A DNA stretch of 34,928 nucleotides from Frankiales bacterium. GTDB taxonomy: Bacteria; Actinomycetota; Actinomycetes; Mycobacteriales; SCTD01. A program made the position numbers and the translations under genes. The notes under the pieces are model-generated. The model worked only from the letters and a program-made list of their open reading frames with translations, was not told where the DNA came from and did not search any database. Each line of letters begins with the position of its first letter. The stretch's first letter is position 1. Below, one piece after another: positions 10,152 through 19,173 of the stretch. Location: the NCBI GenBank assembly GCA_025965735.1, contig JAOPWK010000095.1, positions 1-34,928 of the forward strand, read 5' to 3'.

Positions 10152-11071
10152 CAGTCCTCACCCTTCACGGTGCCGAGGTTGGTCTTGAAGCCCTTCACGA
10201 ACAGGAAGGCGATCGCGATGATCATCAGGAAGAGCAGGATCGAGATCGCCGAGCCGAGCCCGAGGTTCACGCGGCTGATGAGCGCGTTGTAGCCCAGCCC
10301 GCTGATGGTCTGGCTCTTGAACTGCCCGGCCGTCTGCACGTAGACGGTGTCGAAGATGCGGAACGCGTCCAGCGCGCGGAACAGCAGGGCGACGAGGATC
10401 GCCGACTTCATGTTCGGCAGCGTCACCTTCCACAGGCGCTGCCACGCCGTCGCGCCGTCGACCTTGGCCGCCTCCTGCAGCTCCTCCGGCACGGTGGCCA
10501 GACCGGCCAGCAGCAGCAGCGACATGAACGGCGTGGTCTTCCAGACCTCGGTGATGATGATCGTCGCGAAGGAGCCGATGGTCCCGCCGAGCGGGTTCAC
10601 GTCGCCGATGAAGCCGGTGTCGGGCTGCACCGCGAACCGGAACGCGAAGGCCGCGATGACGGTGATGATCCCGTAGGGGATGAGGATCGCGGTGCGGACC
10701 GTGCGCCGGCCGAAGATCGCGCGGTGCATGACCAGCGCGAAGGCCAGGCCGATGACGAGCTCGATCGCCACCGAGATGACGGTGATGACCGCGGTCGCCA
10801 GCACCGCCTCCCACCAGACGCCGCTGGTGAGGATCAGCACGTAGTTGTCGAGCCCGACGAACGCGTTCTCCTCCGGCACGCGCAGGTCGTAGCGGAACAG
10901 GCTCAGGTAGACCGCGTAGCAGATCGGGTAGGCGGTGACGAGCAGCATGATGATCGCCGCAGGCGCGGCCAGCTTCAGCCCGAGGTTGCGCTCGGCCTTG
11001 GCCCGGTCGGTCGTCTTGACCGGCCCCCCCGAGCGCTTGCGGCTCGCAGGTGCCGTGGTGGTCGCTGTCAT
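10151..11071 (-). CDS. carbohydrate ABC transporter permease (MalF/SugA-like)
   Basis: 306 aa with TM spans and the EAA loop [23 protein letters not shown]. Its ATG directly abuts the binding-protein stop (TAGATG). Confidence 0.9.
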
Positions 11072-12334
11072 CTAGAGCACCGCCTGGCTCTTGAGGGCCC
11101 GCTCGAGCAGGTCCTTCAGATCGTCGTAGGACTTCTCCGGGTCGATGTCCTGCATCGGGTGCAGCACCTGGCGCACCGCGAGTGAGATGTCGTTGTACTG
11201 CGGGGACACCGGGCGCGGCGCGGCGTTCTCCAGCTGCTCGGTCATGATGGGCAGGAACGGCAGCTGCTTCAGCAGCTCGGGGTCGTCGCCGAGCTCGCGC
11301 AGCACCGACGGCTGCCCGCCCGTGGTGGCGATGGTGCGCTGCTGCTCGGGCTTGGTGAGGCAGTTGACCGCGGCCAGCGCCGCGTCCCGGTCCCTGGTGT
11401 AGCTGCCGATCCCGAGGTTGTAGCCGCCGAGCGCGGGGCGAGCGGGCTGGCCCTCGACGACGGCCGGGTACGGGGCCCAGCCGTAGTCCTTGGCCAGCTC
11501 GGGGTCGGCCTCGAGCACGCTGGGATAGACGTACGGCCAGTTCAGCATGAAGGCGCTGTCGCTGTCGGGGGACTCGAAGGCCAGGCGGTTGTCGTCCTCT
11601 GCGGAGGTGGACAGCGCGGCCGGCGCCGCAGCCGAGTCGGCGTAGCGGCGCATGATCTCGAGCGCCTTCTTGGTCGGCTCCTCCGGCAGGTCGAGCTCGG
11701 TGGTGCCGTCCTCGGTCGGCTGCACGATCGAGCCGCCGGCGCTCTCGAGCAGGGCGTTGAAGAACACGACCAGGCTCTCCGCGCGCTTGCCCGTCTCCTG
11801 CACCTTGACGTCGAGCTCCTCGGCGGTGTCGAGCAGCTCGTCCCACGTCTTGGGGACCGGCCGGTCGCCGAGCATGCTCTTGCGGTACCAGAGCAGGCGC
11901 GTGTTGCTGTTCAGCGGGGCGCCGTACTGCTGGTCGTCGAACTGCGCGCTCTCGAACGGGCCCTTGAGGACCTGCTCCGCGCTGCCCACGTTCTCCAGCT
12001 CGCCCTCCTCGAACGGCGTGATCCAGCCGGCCTTGGCGAACTCGCCGGTCCACACGACGTCCATGCCGATGAGGTCGATGGAGTCGTCGCGGGCGGCCAG
12101 GCGCCGGACCAGCTGCTCGCGCTGCTGGTCCGGATTGGTCGGCAGCGACTCGGCGACGATCCGGTAGGCGCCGGACGCCTCGGCGTTGCACGCCTCGATG
12201 ACGTCGGGCAGCCAGCCCTCGTTGCCGATGTACCAGTTGACCGTGGGCGGCCCGCCGGCGGTGTCGTCCCCACCGCCGCAGGCAGCCAACGGGGCCGTGA
12301 ACAGGGCCGCCGCGAGCAGGGCTGTGGCGCGCAT
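11072..12334 (-). CDS. ABC transporter extracellular solute-binding lipoprotein (family 1, CUT1 type)
   Basis: The signal peptide carries a lipobox (MRATALLAAALFTAPLAAC-GGGDD). The 420-aa periplasmic-binding-protein-like body is the first gene of the four-gene operon. Confidence 0.88.
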   Translation of the reverse strand: MRATALLAAALFTAPLAACGGGDDTAGGPPTVNWYIGNEGWLPDVIEACNAEASGAYRIVAESLPTNPDQQREQLVRRLAARDDSIDLIGMDVVWTGEFAKAGWITPFEEGELENVGSAEQVLKGPFESAQFDDQQYGAPLNSNTRLLWYRKSMLGDRPVPKTWDELLDTAEELDVKVQETGKRAESLVVFFNALLESAGGSIVQPTEDGTTELDLPEEPTKKALEIMRRYADSAAAPAALSTSAEDDNRLAFESPDSDSAFMLNWPYVYPSVLEADPELAKDYGWAPYPAVVEGQPARPALGGYNLGIGSYTRDRDAALAAVNCLTKPEQQRTIATTGGQPSVLRELGDDPELLKQLPFLPIMTEQLENAAPRPVSPQYNDISLAVRQVLHPMQDIDPEKSYDDLKDLLERALKSQAVL

Positions 12335-12458
12335 CCCGACCTCCTCGTCGTGATCGCAGTCCCGTTGATCACGGGCTCAGCCCGACCCTGCCCCTGCGCG
12401 CCCATCTCATGCGTGTTGCAGCGATCTCGGGTCGGGCCGCCGTGGAAGGCTGGCCGCG

Positions 12459-13670
12459 ATGACCGCGACGGAGCTGCAGACCGCGCTGGACGCGGGGCCG
12501 GGATGGCCGCAGGGACTGGCGCCGCAGGGACCGCTCGGGGGCGTGCGGGTCCTGGACCTGTCCCGCGTGCTGGCCGGCCCGTACTGCTGCATGGTGCTGG
12601 CCGACCTCGGCGCCGACGTGCTCAAGGTGGAGCGGCCCCTGCTCGGCGACGACACCCGCCACTGGGGCCCGCCGTTCCACGGCGAGGACGCGGCCTACTT
12701 CTTCTCCGTCAACCGGGACCGTCGTTCGGTGGCGCTCGACCTGACGCGCCCCGAGGGCCGCGCGGTGGTGCGCCGGCTGGTCGCGGCCGCGGACGTCGTG
12801 GTCGAGAACTTCCTGCCACGGCACCTCACCGCCCTGGGGCTGGACGAGGTGCGCGCCGAGGCCGACGCCGTGTGGGTGTCGGTCCGCGGTGCCGGCGGCG
12901 ACGGACCGTCGGGGGAGCAGCCGGGCTACGACGTGATGGCGCAGGCCCGCAGCGGCCTGATGTCGGTGACCGGCACCCACGAGCCGACCAAGGTCGGAGT
13001 CGCCGTCGCGGACGTGGTCACCGGTCTGTACGCCGCCGTCGGCGCGCTCGCGGGTCTGGTCGCCCGCACGCCGCTGCGCGTGGAGGTCGGGCTGCTCGAG
13101 GCGGCCGTCTCGATGCTGGTCAACCAAGCGTCCAACGCGCTCGTCGGCGGCCGGATCCCGAGCTTCGGCGGCAACGACCACCCGAACATCGCGCCGTACG
13201 GCCCGGTGCCGTGCGCGGACCGGCCGCTGGTCGTGGGCGCCGGCAACGACGGGCAGTTCGCGGCGCTGGCCGCCGCCGTCGGTCTGGACGCTCCGGAGCA
13301 GTGGCGCACGAACGCCGGCCGGGTAGCGAACCGGGCTGCGTTGAAGACGTCGATGCAGCAGGTGTTCTCGCAGCGGACGGCGGCGGAGTGGGCGCTCGTG
13401 CTGGACGCCGCCGGGGTGCCGTGCGCCGTCGTTCAGGACCTCGCGTCGCTGCCCGAGGACCCGCAGCTCCAGGCGACCGGCCAGCTGCAGGAGGTCGAGC
13501 ACCCGGCCGGCCCGGTGCGCGTGGTCGGCTCGCCGTACCGGCTCGACGGCGAGCGCCCGCGCGTGCGACGGGCGCCGCCGCTGCTGGGCCAGCACACGGT
13601 CGAGGTGCTCTCCGCCCTCGGCCTCTCGGACTCACAGGTGGAGGAGGTCGTCGGTGCCGACAGGCGGTGA
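12459..13670 (+). CDS. family III CoA-transferase (CaiB/BaiF/Frc type)
   Basis: The product reads GVRVLDLSRVLAGPYCCMVLADLGADVLKVERP...GDDTRHWGPPF...YFFSVNRDRRSVALDL...NFLP...GYDVMAQARSGLMSVTG, which is the characteristic N-terminal region of this family. Confidence 0.88.
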   Translation: MTATELQTALDAGPGWPQGLAPQGPLGGVRVLDLSRVLAGPYCCMVLADLGADVLKVERPLLGDDTRHWGPPFHGEDAAYFFSVNRDRRSVALDLTRPEGRAVVRRLVAAADVVVENFLPRHLTALGLDEVRAEADAVWVSVRGAGGDGPSGEQPGYDVMAQARSGLMSVTGTHEPTKVGVAVADVVTGLYAAVGALAGLVARTPLRVEVGLLEAAVSMLVNQASNALVGGRIPSFGGNDHPNIAPYGPVPCADRPLVVGAGNDGQFAALAAAVGLDAPEQWRTNAGRVANRAALKTSMQQVFSQRTAAEWALVLDAAGVPCAVVQDLASLPEDPQLQATGQLQEVEHPAGPVRVVGSPYRLDGERPRVRRAPPLLGQHTVEVLSALGLSDSQVEEVVGADRR

Positions 13671-15228
13671 GGTGCTGGTCGCGGCGCTGCGCGACCTCGA
13701 GGTGGAGGTCGCCTTCGGGCTGCCGGGGGTGCACAACCTGGCTGCATGGAAGGGTTTTTCGGGGTCAGGGGTGCGGCTGGTCGGTGTGCGGCACGAGCAG
13801 ACGGCGGGCTACGCCGCGGACGGCTACGCCCGCGCGACCGGACGGCTGGGCGTCGCCATCACGACGACCGGGCCGGGTGCCGCGAACGTCGTCGCCGCGA
13901 CCGGCGAGGCGTGGTCCTGCCACTCGCCGCTGCTCGTCATCGCGACCGACATCCCGACGACGGTGCGCCGCGAGGGGCAGTACCGCGGCGTGCTGCACGA
14001 GACGACCGACCAGGCGTCGTTCTTCCGCCCGGTCACCAAGGCGACGTTTCGGGTCGAGCGCGCCGAGGAGCTGCACGAGCGGGTCGTGCAGGCAGGTCGG
14101 CTCGCCATGCGCGCGCCGCGCCGGCCGGTGTACCTGGAGGTGCCGACGGACCTGCTGTCGGCCGAGGTCCCCGAGCCGGTGGAGGTGCCGGTGCCGCGCG
14201 ACAGCGACCAGCGCGTGCTGCGGGTGGAGGACGCGGTCGCCGCCCTCCGTGCCGCCGAGCGGCCGCTGGTCTGGGCCGGCGGAGGCGCCACCGCTGCCGG
14301 CGCCGCCCAGGAGCTCACAGGCCTCGCGGAGCGGCTCGGCGCGCCGGCGCTGTCGTCGTACGGCGGTCGCGGGCTGGTCCCGCCGGACTCGCCGGCGCAC
14401 GTCGCCCTGCCGCCGCACAGCCCCGAGGCGGGCGCGCTGTGGGACGCCGCGGACCTGGTGCTCGTCGTCGGCAGCGACCTGGACGCGATGAACACCCAAG
14501 GGTTCCGCCAGCCGCAGCCACCCACGCTGGTGACGCTCGACCTGGTGGAGCCGGTCAACTACGCGCCGGACGTCCTGGTGCGCGCCGACGCACGGGAAGC
14601 CCTGCTGCGCCTGCTGTTCGAGCTCAAGGACGACGAGAGCCGAGCACCCTGGTGGTCGCCGGTGGGGGCGCGGCCGGCCATGCCGTTCCTGGACGCGCTG
14701 GAGGCGGCCCTGCCGGCGGACGCGGTGCTGGTCGCGGACATGTGCGTGGCCGGATACTGGTACGGCGGCTACGGGCGGGTGCAGCAGCCGCGAGGGCTGG
14801 CCTACCCGGTCGGCTGGGGCACCCTCGGCTTCGGCTTCCCCGCCTCGCTGGGCGCCGCGCTGTCTGGCCGCCCGACCGTCGCCGTGGTCGGCGACGGCGG
14901 CTTCCTGTTCGGCTGCGGCGACCTCGCGACCGCCGCGCAGGAGCAGCTGCCGGTGACGGTCGTGCTGGTCGACGACGGCGGCTACGGGATGCTCCGCTAC
15001 GACTTCACCAAGGACGGCGAGCAGCCCGTCGGCACGGAGCTCGAGCCGCCGGACTTCGTCGCGATGGCGCACGCCTTCCGGGTGGCCGCTCGCGAGGTGA
15101 CGGTCGAGGAGCTCGCCGACGCGGTGGCCGCCGGCATCGCCAGCGGCGCTCCGAACCTGCTGGTGGTCAAGGCGACCTACGACCCGCCGCCCAACACCTC
15201 GCCGAACTGGTACCGGGTCAAGGCGTAG
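13654..15228 (+). CDS. thiamine diphosphate-dependent enzyme (acetolactate synthase / oxalyl-CoA decarboxylase superfamily)
   Basis: The N-terminal Pyr domain reads GLPGVHNLAAW...RHEQTAGYAADGYARATGRLGVAITTTGPGAANVV. The C-terminal ThDP motif reads GDGGFLF...VVLVDDGGYGM. The GTG start lies 17 nt inside the CoA-transferase gene. Confidence 0.85.
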   Translation: MPTGGEVLVAALRDLEVEVAFGLPGVHNLAAWKGFSGSGVRLVGVRHEQTAGYAADGYARATGRLGVAITTTGPGAANVVAATGEAWSCHSPLLVIATDIPTTVRREGQYRGVLHETTDQASFFRPVTKATFRVERAEELHERVVQAGRLAMRAPRRPVYLEVPTDLLSAEVPEPVEVPVPRDSDQRVLRVEDAVAALRAAERPLVWAGGGATAAGAAQELTGLAERLGAPALSSYGGRGLVPPDSPAHVALPPHSPEAGALWDAADLVLVVGSDLDAMNTQGFRQPQPPTLVTLDLVEPVNYAPDVLVRADAREALLRLLFELKDDESRAPWWSPVGARPAMPFLDALEAALPADAVLVADMCVAGYWYGGYGRVQQPRGLAYPVGWGTLGFGFPASLGAALSGRPTVAVVGDGGFLFGCGDLATAAQEQLPVTVVLVDDGGYGMLRYDFTKDGEQPVGTELEPPDFVAMAHAFRVAAREVTVEELADAVAAGIASGAPNLLVVKATYDPPPNTSPNWYRVKA

Positions 15229-15242
15229 GGGAGGATGGGGCG

Positions 15243-15635
15243 GTGTTCCGCCGCCGCCCCGAGCCTGCCGCCGAGCTGGGGCCGGAGGTGGTGCACGACG
15301 GCCCGAGCCCGGTGCTCGTGGTGGACGACGGCACCTTCTTCGACCTGACCGAGGGCGGCTGGACCGTCGTCGACTTCTGGGCCGGCTGGTGCGCCCCGTG
15401 CCGCTCCTTCGCGCCGGTCTACGAGGCGGTCGCCCGCGCCCACGACGGCCCCGTCCGCTTCGCCAAGTGCGACGTCGACGCGAATCCACGCACCGCGCAG
15501 CTGCTGCAGATCCGGAGCATCCCGACGCTTGTCGTGTTCGGCCCCGACGGCAGCGAGGTCGGCCGCTCGCAGGGCGTGGTGTCCCGCGGCGACCTGGAGG
15601 CCACGGTGCGGCAGCTGGCAGCGCGCCCGGTCTAG
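15243..15635 (+). CDS. thioredoxin-family protein (WCAPC active site)
   Basis: The product reads VVDFWAGWCAPCRSFAPVYE...IRSIPTLVVF. The GTG at 15243 lies 9 nt downstream of a GGAGG run. Confidence 0.85.
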   Translation: MFRRRPEPAAELGPEVVHDGPSPVLVVDDGTFFDLTEGGWTVVDFWAGWCAPCRSFAPVYEAVARAHDGPVRFAKCDVDANPRTAQLLQIRSIPTLVVFGPDGSEVGRSQGVVSRGDLEATVRQLAARPV

Positions 15636-15952
15636 AAGGCGGCCCAGACCTCGTCCACCGGCACACCCGCGCCGGCCAGCGTCTCCGTCACGCCCACGAC
15701 CGCGGTGTGCACGTCGACACTCACCGTGACGAACCGGCCGACGACGAAGAAGCTCCCGTCGTCCTCCTGCCGCTCGACCAGCACCTCGTCGTACAAGCCG
15801 CGCACCGGCTCCAGCCGAGCCGTCACGTCGGCGACCGCCGCACGCTCGTCCGCAGCATCGCTGCGCAGCCGCACGAGTACCGGCACCGTCTGCAGCACCA
15901 CCTCCGGCGGCAGTTCGTCGAGCACCTGCGCGGTCGTCGGGTTCAGCGTCAT
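15632..15952 (-). CDS. hypothetical protein (106 aa)
   Basis: ATG start, and hand-checked codons end almost exclusively in G/C. I recognise no family. It shares a CTAG double stop with the thioredoxin gene. Confidence 0.6.
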   Translation of the reverse strand: MTLNPTTAQVLDELPPEVVLQTVPVLVRLRSDAADERAAVADVTARLEPVRGLYDEVLVERQEDDGSFFVVGRFVTVSVDVHTAVVGVTETLAGAGVPVDEVWAAF

Positions 15953-16057
15953 GCCGCTGTCGTACCCCTGATCGATCCAACTACGCAGCGTGACGATCCG
16001 GTTGCGCCTGGTCGGGAGGGGCAGACCGGCAGGACACACCCCTCGCGAGGAGCCGCC

Positions 16058-16651
16058 ATGAACACGAACGAGATCCTGCTGATCGTCCTCGCCGCCCTCG
16101 CCGTGCTGCTCGTCCTCGCGCTGACCGTCGTCAGCCGCCGGCGCAAGCGCACCTCCGAGCTCAAGGGCACGTTCGGCTCCGAGTACGACCGCACGGTGGA
16201 GACCCGCGACAAGCGCCGCGACGCCGAGCGCGAGCTGGCCGAGCGCAAGGCGCGCCACGAGCAGCTGCAGATCCGGCCGCTGTCCGCGGCCAGCCGACAG
16301 CGCTACCTGACCGCGTGGGAGGGCGTGCAGAGCCGCTTCATCGACGCCCCCGTGCTGGCGCTGTCGGAGGCCGACGCGCTGCTGACCCGGCTGATGGCCG
16401 AGCGCGGCTTCCCGACCGACGACCTGCGCACGCAGGAGGACATGCTCTCGGTGGAGCACACGCACGTGCTGGACGGCTTCCGCGCTGGGCACGCGATCGA
16501 GCAGGCCAACTCCAGCGAGGGCGCGGACACCGAGCAGGTCCGGCAGGGGATGCTGCACTTCCGCGAGGTGTTCGAGGAGCTGGTCAGCGAGAGCGGCGAC
16601 GAGCCGTACCCGTCGGTGGGCCAGACCGACCGGTCGCGCGAGGTCCGCTAG
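16058..16651 (+). CDS. hypothetical N-terminally membrane-anchored protein (197 aa)
   Basis: ATG 16058 follows GCGAGGAG. There is a single N-terminal TM span (ILLIVLAALAVLLVLALTVV), then a charged helical region. The long N-terminal extension in the track (from 15389) overlaps the thioredoxin gene and was rejected. Confidence 0.7.
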   Translation: MNTNEILLIVLAALAVLLVLALTVVSRRRKRTSELKGTFGSEYDRTVETRDKRRDAERELAERKARHEQLQIRPLSAASRQRYLTAWEGVQSRFIDAPVLALSEADALLTRLMAERGFPTDDLRTQEDMLSVEHTHVLDGFRAGHAIEQANSSEGADTEQVRQGMLHFREVFEELVSESGDEPYPSVGQTDRSREVR

Positions 16652-17190
16652 ACCGGCTTCAGGGGCTGGTGCTCTCCCTCGGGGAGCTCCACCCGCACGG
16701 CGTCCCCGGGGCGCACCTCGCCGCCGGCCACCACCACGCCCATGACGCCGGCGAGCCGCTCCAGCTCGTCGTCGTCGGTGCGCCGCAGCACCGCCTCCAT
16801 GAGGCCGTCCTGGAACCGGTCCATCTGCACGCACGGGTTGCGCAGCCCGGTCACCTCGACGACCGCGTCGTCGCCGAGGCGCACGCGGGCGCCGCGGGGC
16901 AGCGCCAGCAGGTCCACGCCGCGGGTCAGCACGTTCTCGCCGACATCACCGGGGCAGACGTGGAACCCCTTGTCCCGCAGCAGGTCCAGCAGCTCGGCGT
17001 GCAGCAGGTGCACCTGTCGCGGGTTGGGGTCGTTCGGCCGCCACCGCTTGCGCGAGCGGTGCTGGATCGTCGCGCCGGCGTGCGCGTCGCCTTCGACGCC
17101 GTGTCCCTGGACGAGCAGGACGCGGTCCACGACCTCCTTGCTGAACCGGTGCCGCGGGCTGCGGCTCACCGCCTCGACCGTGCCGCCCAT
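16648..17190 (-). CDS. MOSC domain-containing protein
   Basis: The product reads VQGHGVEGDAHAG...RQVHLLHAELLDLL...PGDVGENVLTRGVDLLALPRG...LGDDAVVEVTGLRNPC, a MOSC beta-barrel with its conserved Cys. I placed the start at the internal ATG 17190. Confidence 0.8.
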   Translation of the reverse strand: MGGTVEAVSRSPRHRFSKEVVDRVLLVQGHGVEGDAHAGATIQHRSRKRWRPNDPNPRQVHLLHAELLDLLRDKGFHVCPGDVGENVLTRGVDLLALPRGARVRLGDDAVVEVTGLRNPCVQMDRFQDGLMEAVLRRTDDDELERLAGVMGVVVAGGEVRPGDAVRVELPEGEHQPLKPV

Positions 17191-17205
17191 GTCGCCCTTC
17201 CGCCT

Positions 17206-17607
17206 GTGGCGCGCCCCGCCGCCGCGGCGCATCCTGGTCGGGTGCGCACGCTCCTGGTCTACCTGCTGCTCGCCGTCACCCCGGCGGCGGCGTTCTCTGC
17301 TGCGCGCGCGGGGCTGGAGCGCTGGATCCGCGGGCCGCGCACCGCGGACGTCGGGGTGCCGGCGGAGCGGTCGCTGGAGCGGCTCGTCGCGGACCTGCGC
17401 CGGCTCGAGCTGGACCACGTCCGCACCGCCCGCTCGGACGCGCCGGGGCGGGCTAGCCGGCTACGGGCGATCGGCCTGGCGTACGACGAGACGCTGCACG
17501 AGTGCTGCCGCGCGGTCGGGCTGACGGCGTCGAGCCGCCCGCCGCTGAGCGCGGTCGGGCGGCTCGAGACCGAGGCGGCGCTGGCCGCGGCCGGCGTCAC
17601 CTGGTGA
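17206..17607 (+). CDS. hypothetical protein with one N-terminal hydrophobic span
   Basis: This is the tail of track ORF 16315-17607 and has strong G/C third-position bias. In-frame GTG starts exist at 17206 and 17242. It is divergent from the MOSC gene. I recognise no family. Confidence 0.5.
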   Translation: MARPAAAAHPGRVRTLLVYLLLAVTPAAAFSAARAGLERWIRGPRTADVGVPAERSLERLVADLRRLELDHVRTARSDAPGRASRLRAIGLAYDETLHECCRAVGLTASSRPPLSAVGRLETEAALAAAGVTW

Positions 17608-17610
17608 GGC

Positions 17611-19173
17611 TCAGGGGCTCTGCAGGAGCCTGAACTCGGTGTCGCCCATGGCCGTCTCCACGTCCATCTGCGCCTTCTGCAGCTTGCCGGCGTAGTCCCA
17701 GTTCATCGACTGCCAGCGGGTGAACTGGTCGAGCACCCAGATGCCGGACTGGCGCGAGCCGTTGCCGCTCTTGCCGTTGCCGCCGAAGGGCAGGTGCGCC
17801 TCGGCGCCGGAGGTCGAGTTGTTGACGCTGAGCATCCCGGCGCTGACCCGCTCGCGGAAGCGGAACGCCGTCTGCGCATCGCGGGTGTAGATGGCGCTCG
17901 ACAGGCCGTAGCCGTGGCCGTTCGCCAGCTCCACCGCCTCGTCGAACGACGAGCAGCGCATGACCGAGACGAGCGGCCCGAAGGTCTCGTTGCGGTAGAG
18001 CGCATCCTCCGGGCGCACGCCGGTGACGACGGCCGGGTGCGCGAAGACGCCGGCCTCCGGGTCGCCGACGAAGCCCTCGCGCGGGTTGGCGGAAGTGATG
18101 CGGCCGGTGCCGGTGGAGCCGTGCACCTCGTGGTGCGGCTGCACCTCGCCGAGCCACTTCTCGAAGCCGTCGAGGAAGCGCTCGCCGAGCATCGGGCCGT
18201 ACAGCACCGAGTCGTCCGTCGGGTCGCCGACGACCGCGGTCTCGACACGGGCGAGGAACTTCGCGAGGAACTCGTCGTAGACGTCGTCGTGCACGATCGC
18301 GACGCCGAGTGAGGTGCAGCGCTGCCCGGCGGTGCCGAAGCCGGAGAACAGCGCGCCCTCGGCGGCGAGGTCCAGGTCGGCGTCGGGCATGACGACGAGC
18401 GGGTTCTTGCCGCCCAGCTCGAGGCACGGGTTCTGCAGGTGCCGGCCGGCCAGCTCGCCGATGCGGACGCCGACCTCGGACGAGCCGGTGAAGCCGATCT
18501 TGTTGACGAGGCCTGCCGTCAAGGCCTTCTCGAGGCCGTCATAGGTCGACGGACCGTCGGCGTGCACCGTGTTCAGCACCCCCGCCGGGAGGCCACCGGC
18601 GACGAAGATGCGCGTGAGCGCGTCACCCAGGGCAGCGGCGTACTCGGCCGGCTTCCACACGACGGCGTTGCCGCAGAGCAGCGCCGGCACGAGGTACCAG
18701 GACGGGACAGCGACCGGGAAGTTGCCGGCCGTGATGATGCCGGCGACGCCGACCGGCACCCGGAAGGTGAACAGCTGCTTGTCGCGCATCTCGCTCGGGA
18801 CCGTCTGGCCGTAGAGGCGACGCCCCTCACCGAGGAAGAAGTCGCAGGTGTCGACGATCTCCTGCACCTCGCCGCGCGCCTCGGCGATCGGCTTGCCCAC
18901 CTCGCGGGTGACCAGCTGGGCGAGCGCCTCGGCGTTCGCCTCCACGAGACGGCCGATGCGCGCGATGACCTGCCCGCGCACGGGAGCGGGGGTGGCGGCC
19001 CAGGCGGGCTGCGCGGCCTTGGCGGCGCGGAACGCCTCGAGCACCTGGTCGCTGCTGGCCAGCGACACCTCGCCGACGACGTCGGTCAGCTGCGCCGGGT
19101 TGGTCGAGGTGATGGTGCCGGCGGTGCCCTGGACGGGCGAGCCGTTGACGTGCGAGTCGATGCGGGTGCTCAT
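17611..19173 (-). CDS. NAD(P)-dependent aldehyde dehydrogenase, probable piperideine-6-carboxylate/aminoadipate-semialdehyde dehydrogenase partner of Lat
   Basis: ALDH motifs are present: FTGSSEVG and LELGGKNP with the catalytic Cys in GQRCTS. Its start overlaps the lat stop as ATGA. The specific substrate is inferred only from this coupling. Confidence 0.85.
   Translation of the reverse strand: MSTRIDSHVNGSPVQGTAGTITSTNPAQLTDVVGEVSLASSDQVLEAFRAAKAAQPAWAATPAPVRGQVIARIGRLVEANAEALAQLVTREVGKPIAEARGEVQEIVDTCDFFLGEGRRLYGQTVPSEMRDKQLFTFRVPVGVAGIITAGNFPVAVPSWYLVPALLCGNAVVWKPAEYAAALGDALTRIFVAGGLPAGVLNTVHADGPSTYDGLEKALTAGLVNKIGFTGSSEVGVRIGELAGRHLQNPCLELGGKNPLVVMPDADLDLAAEGALFSGFGTAGQRCTSLGVAIVHDDVYDEFLAKFLARVETAVVGDPTDDSVLYGPMLGERFLDGFEKWLGEVQPHHEVHGSTGTGRITSANPREGFVGDPEAGVFAHPAVVTGVRPEDALYRNETFGPLVSVMRCSSFDEAVELANGHGYGLSSAIYTRDAQTAFRFRERVSAGMLSVNNSTSGAEAHLPFGGNGKSGNGSRQSGIWVLDQFTRWQSMNWDYAGKLQKAQMDVETAMGDTEFRLLQSP

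Noticed and set aside
10158-12191. 677-aa minus-strand ORF across the ABC operon.
   Set aside because: It is in an alternative frame of the permease and binding-protein genes, both of which have clear family signatures. Its composition is Arg/Gly/Pro-rich with no motifs.
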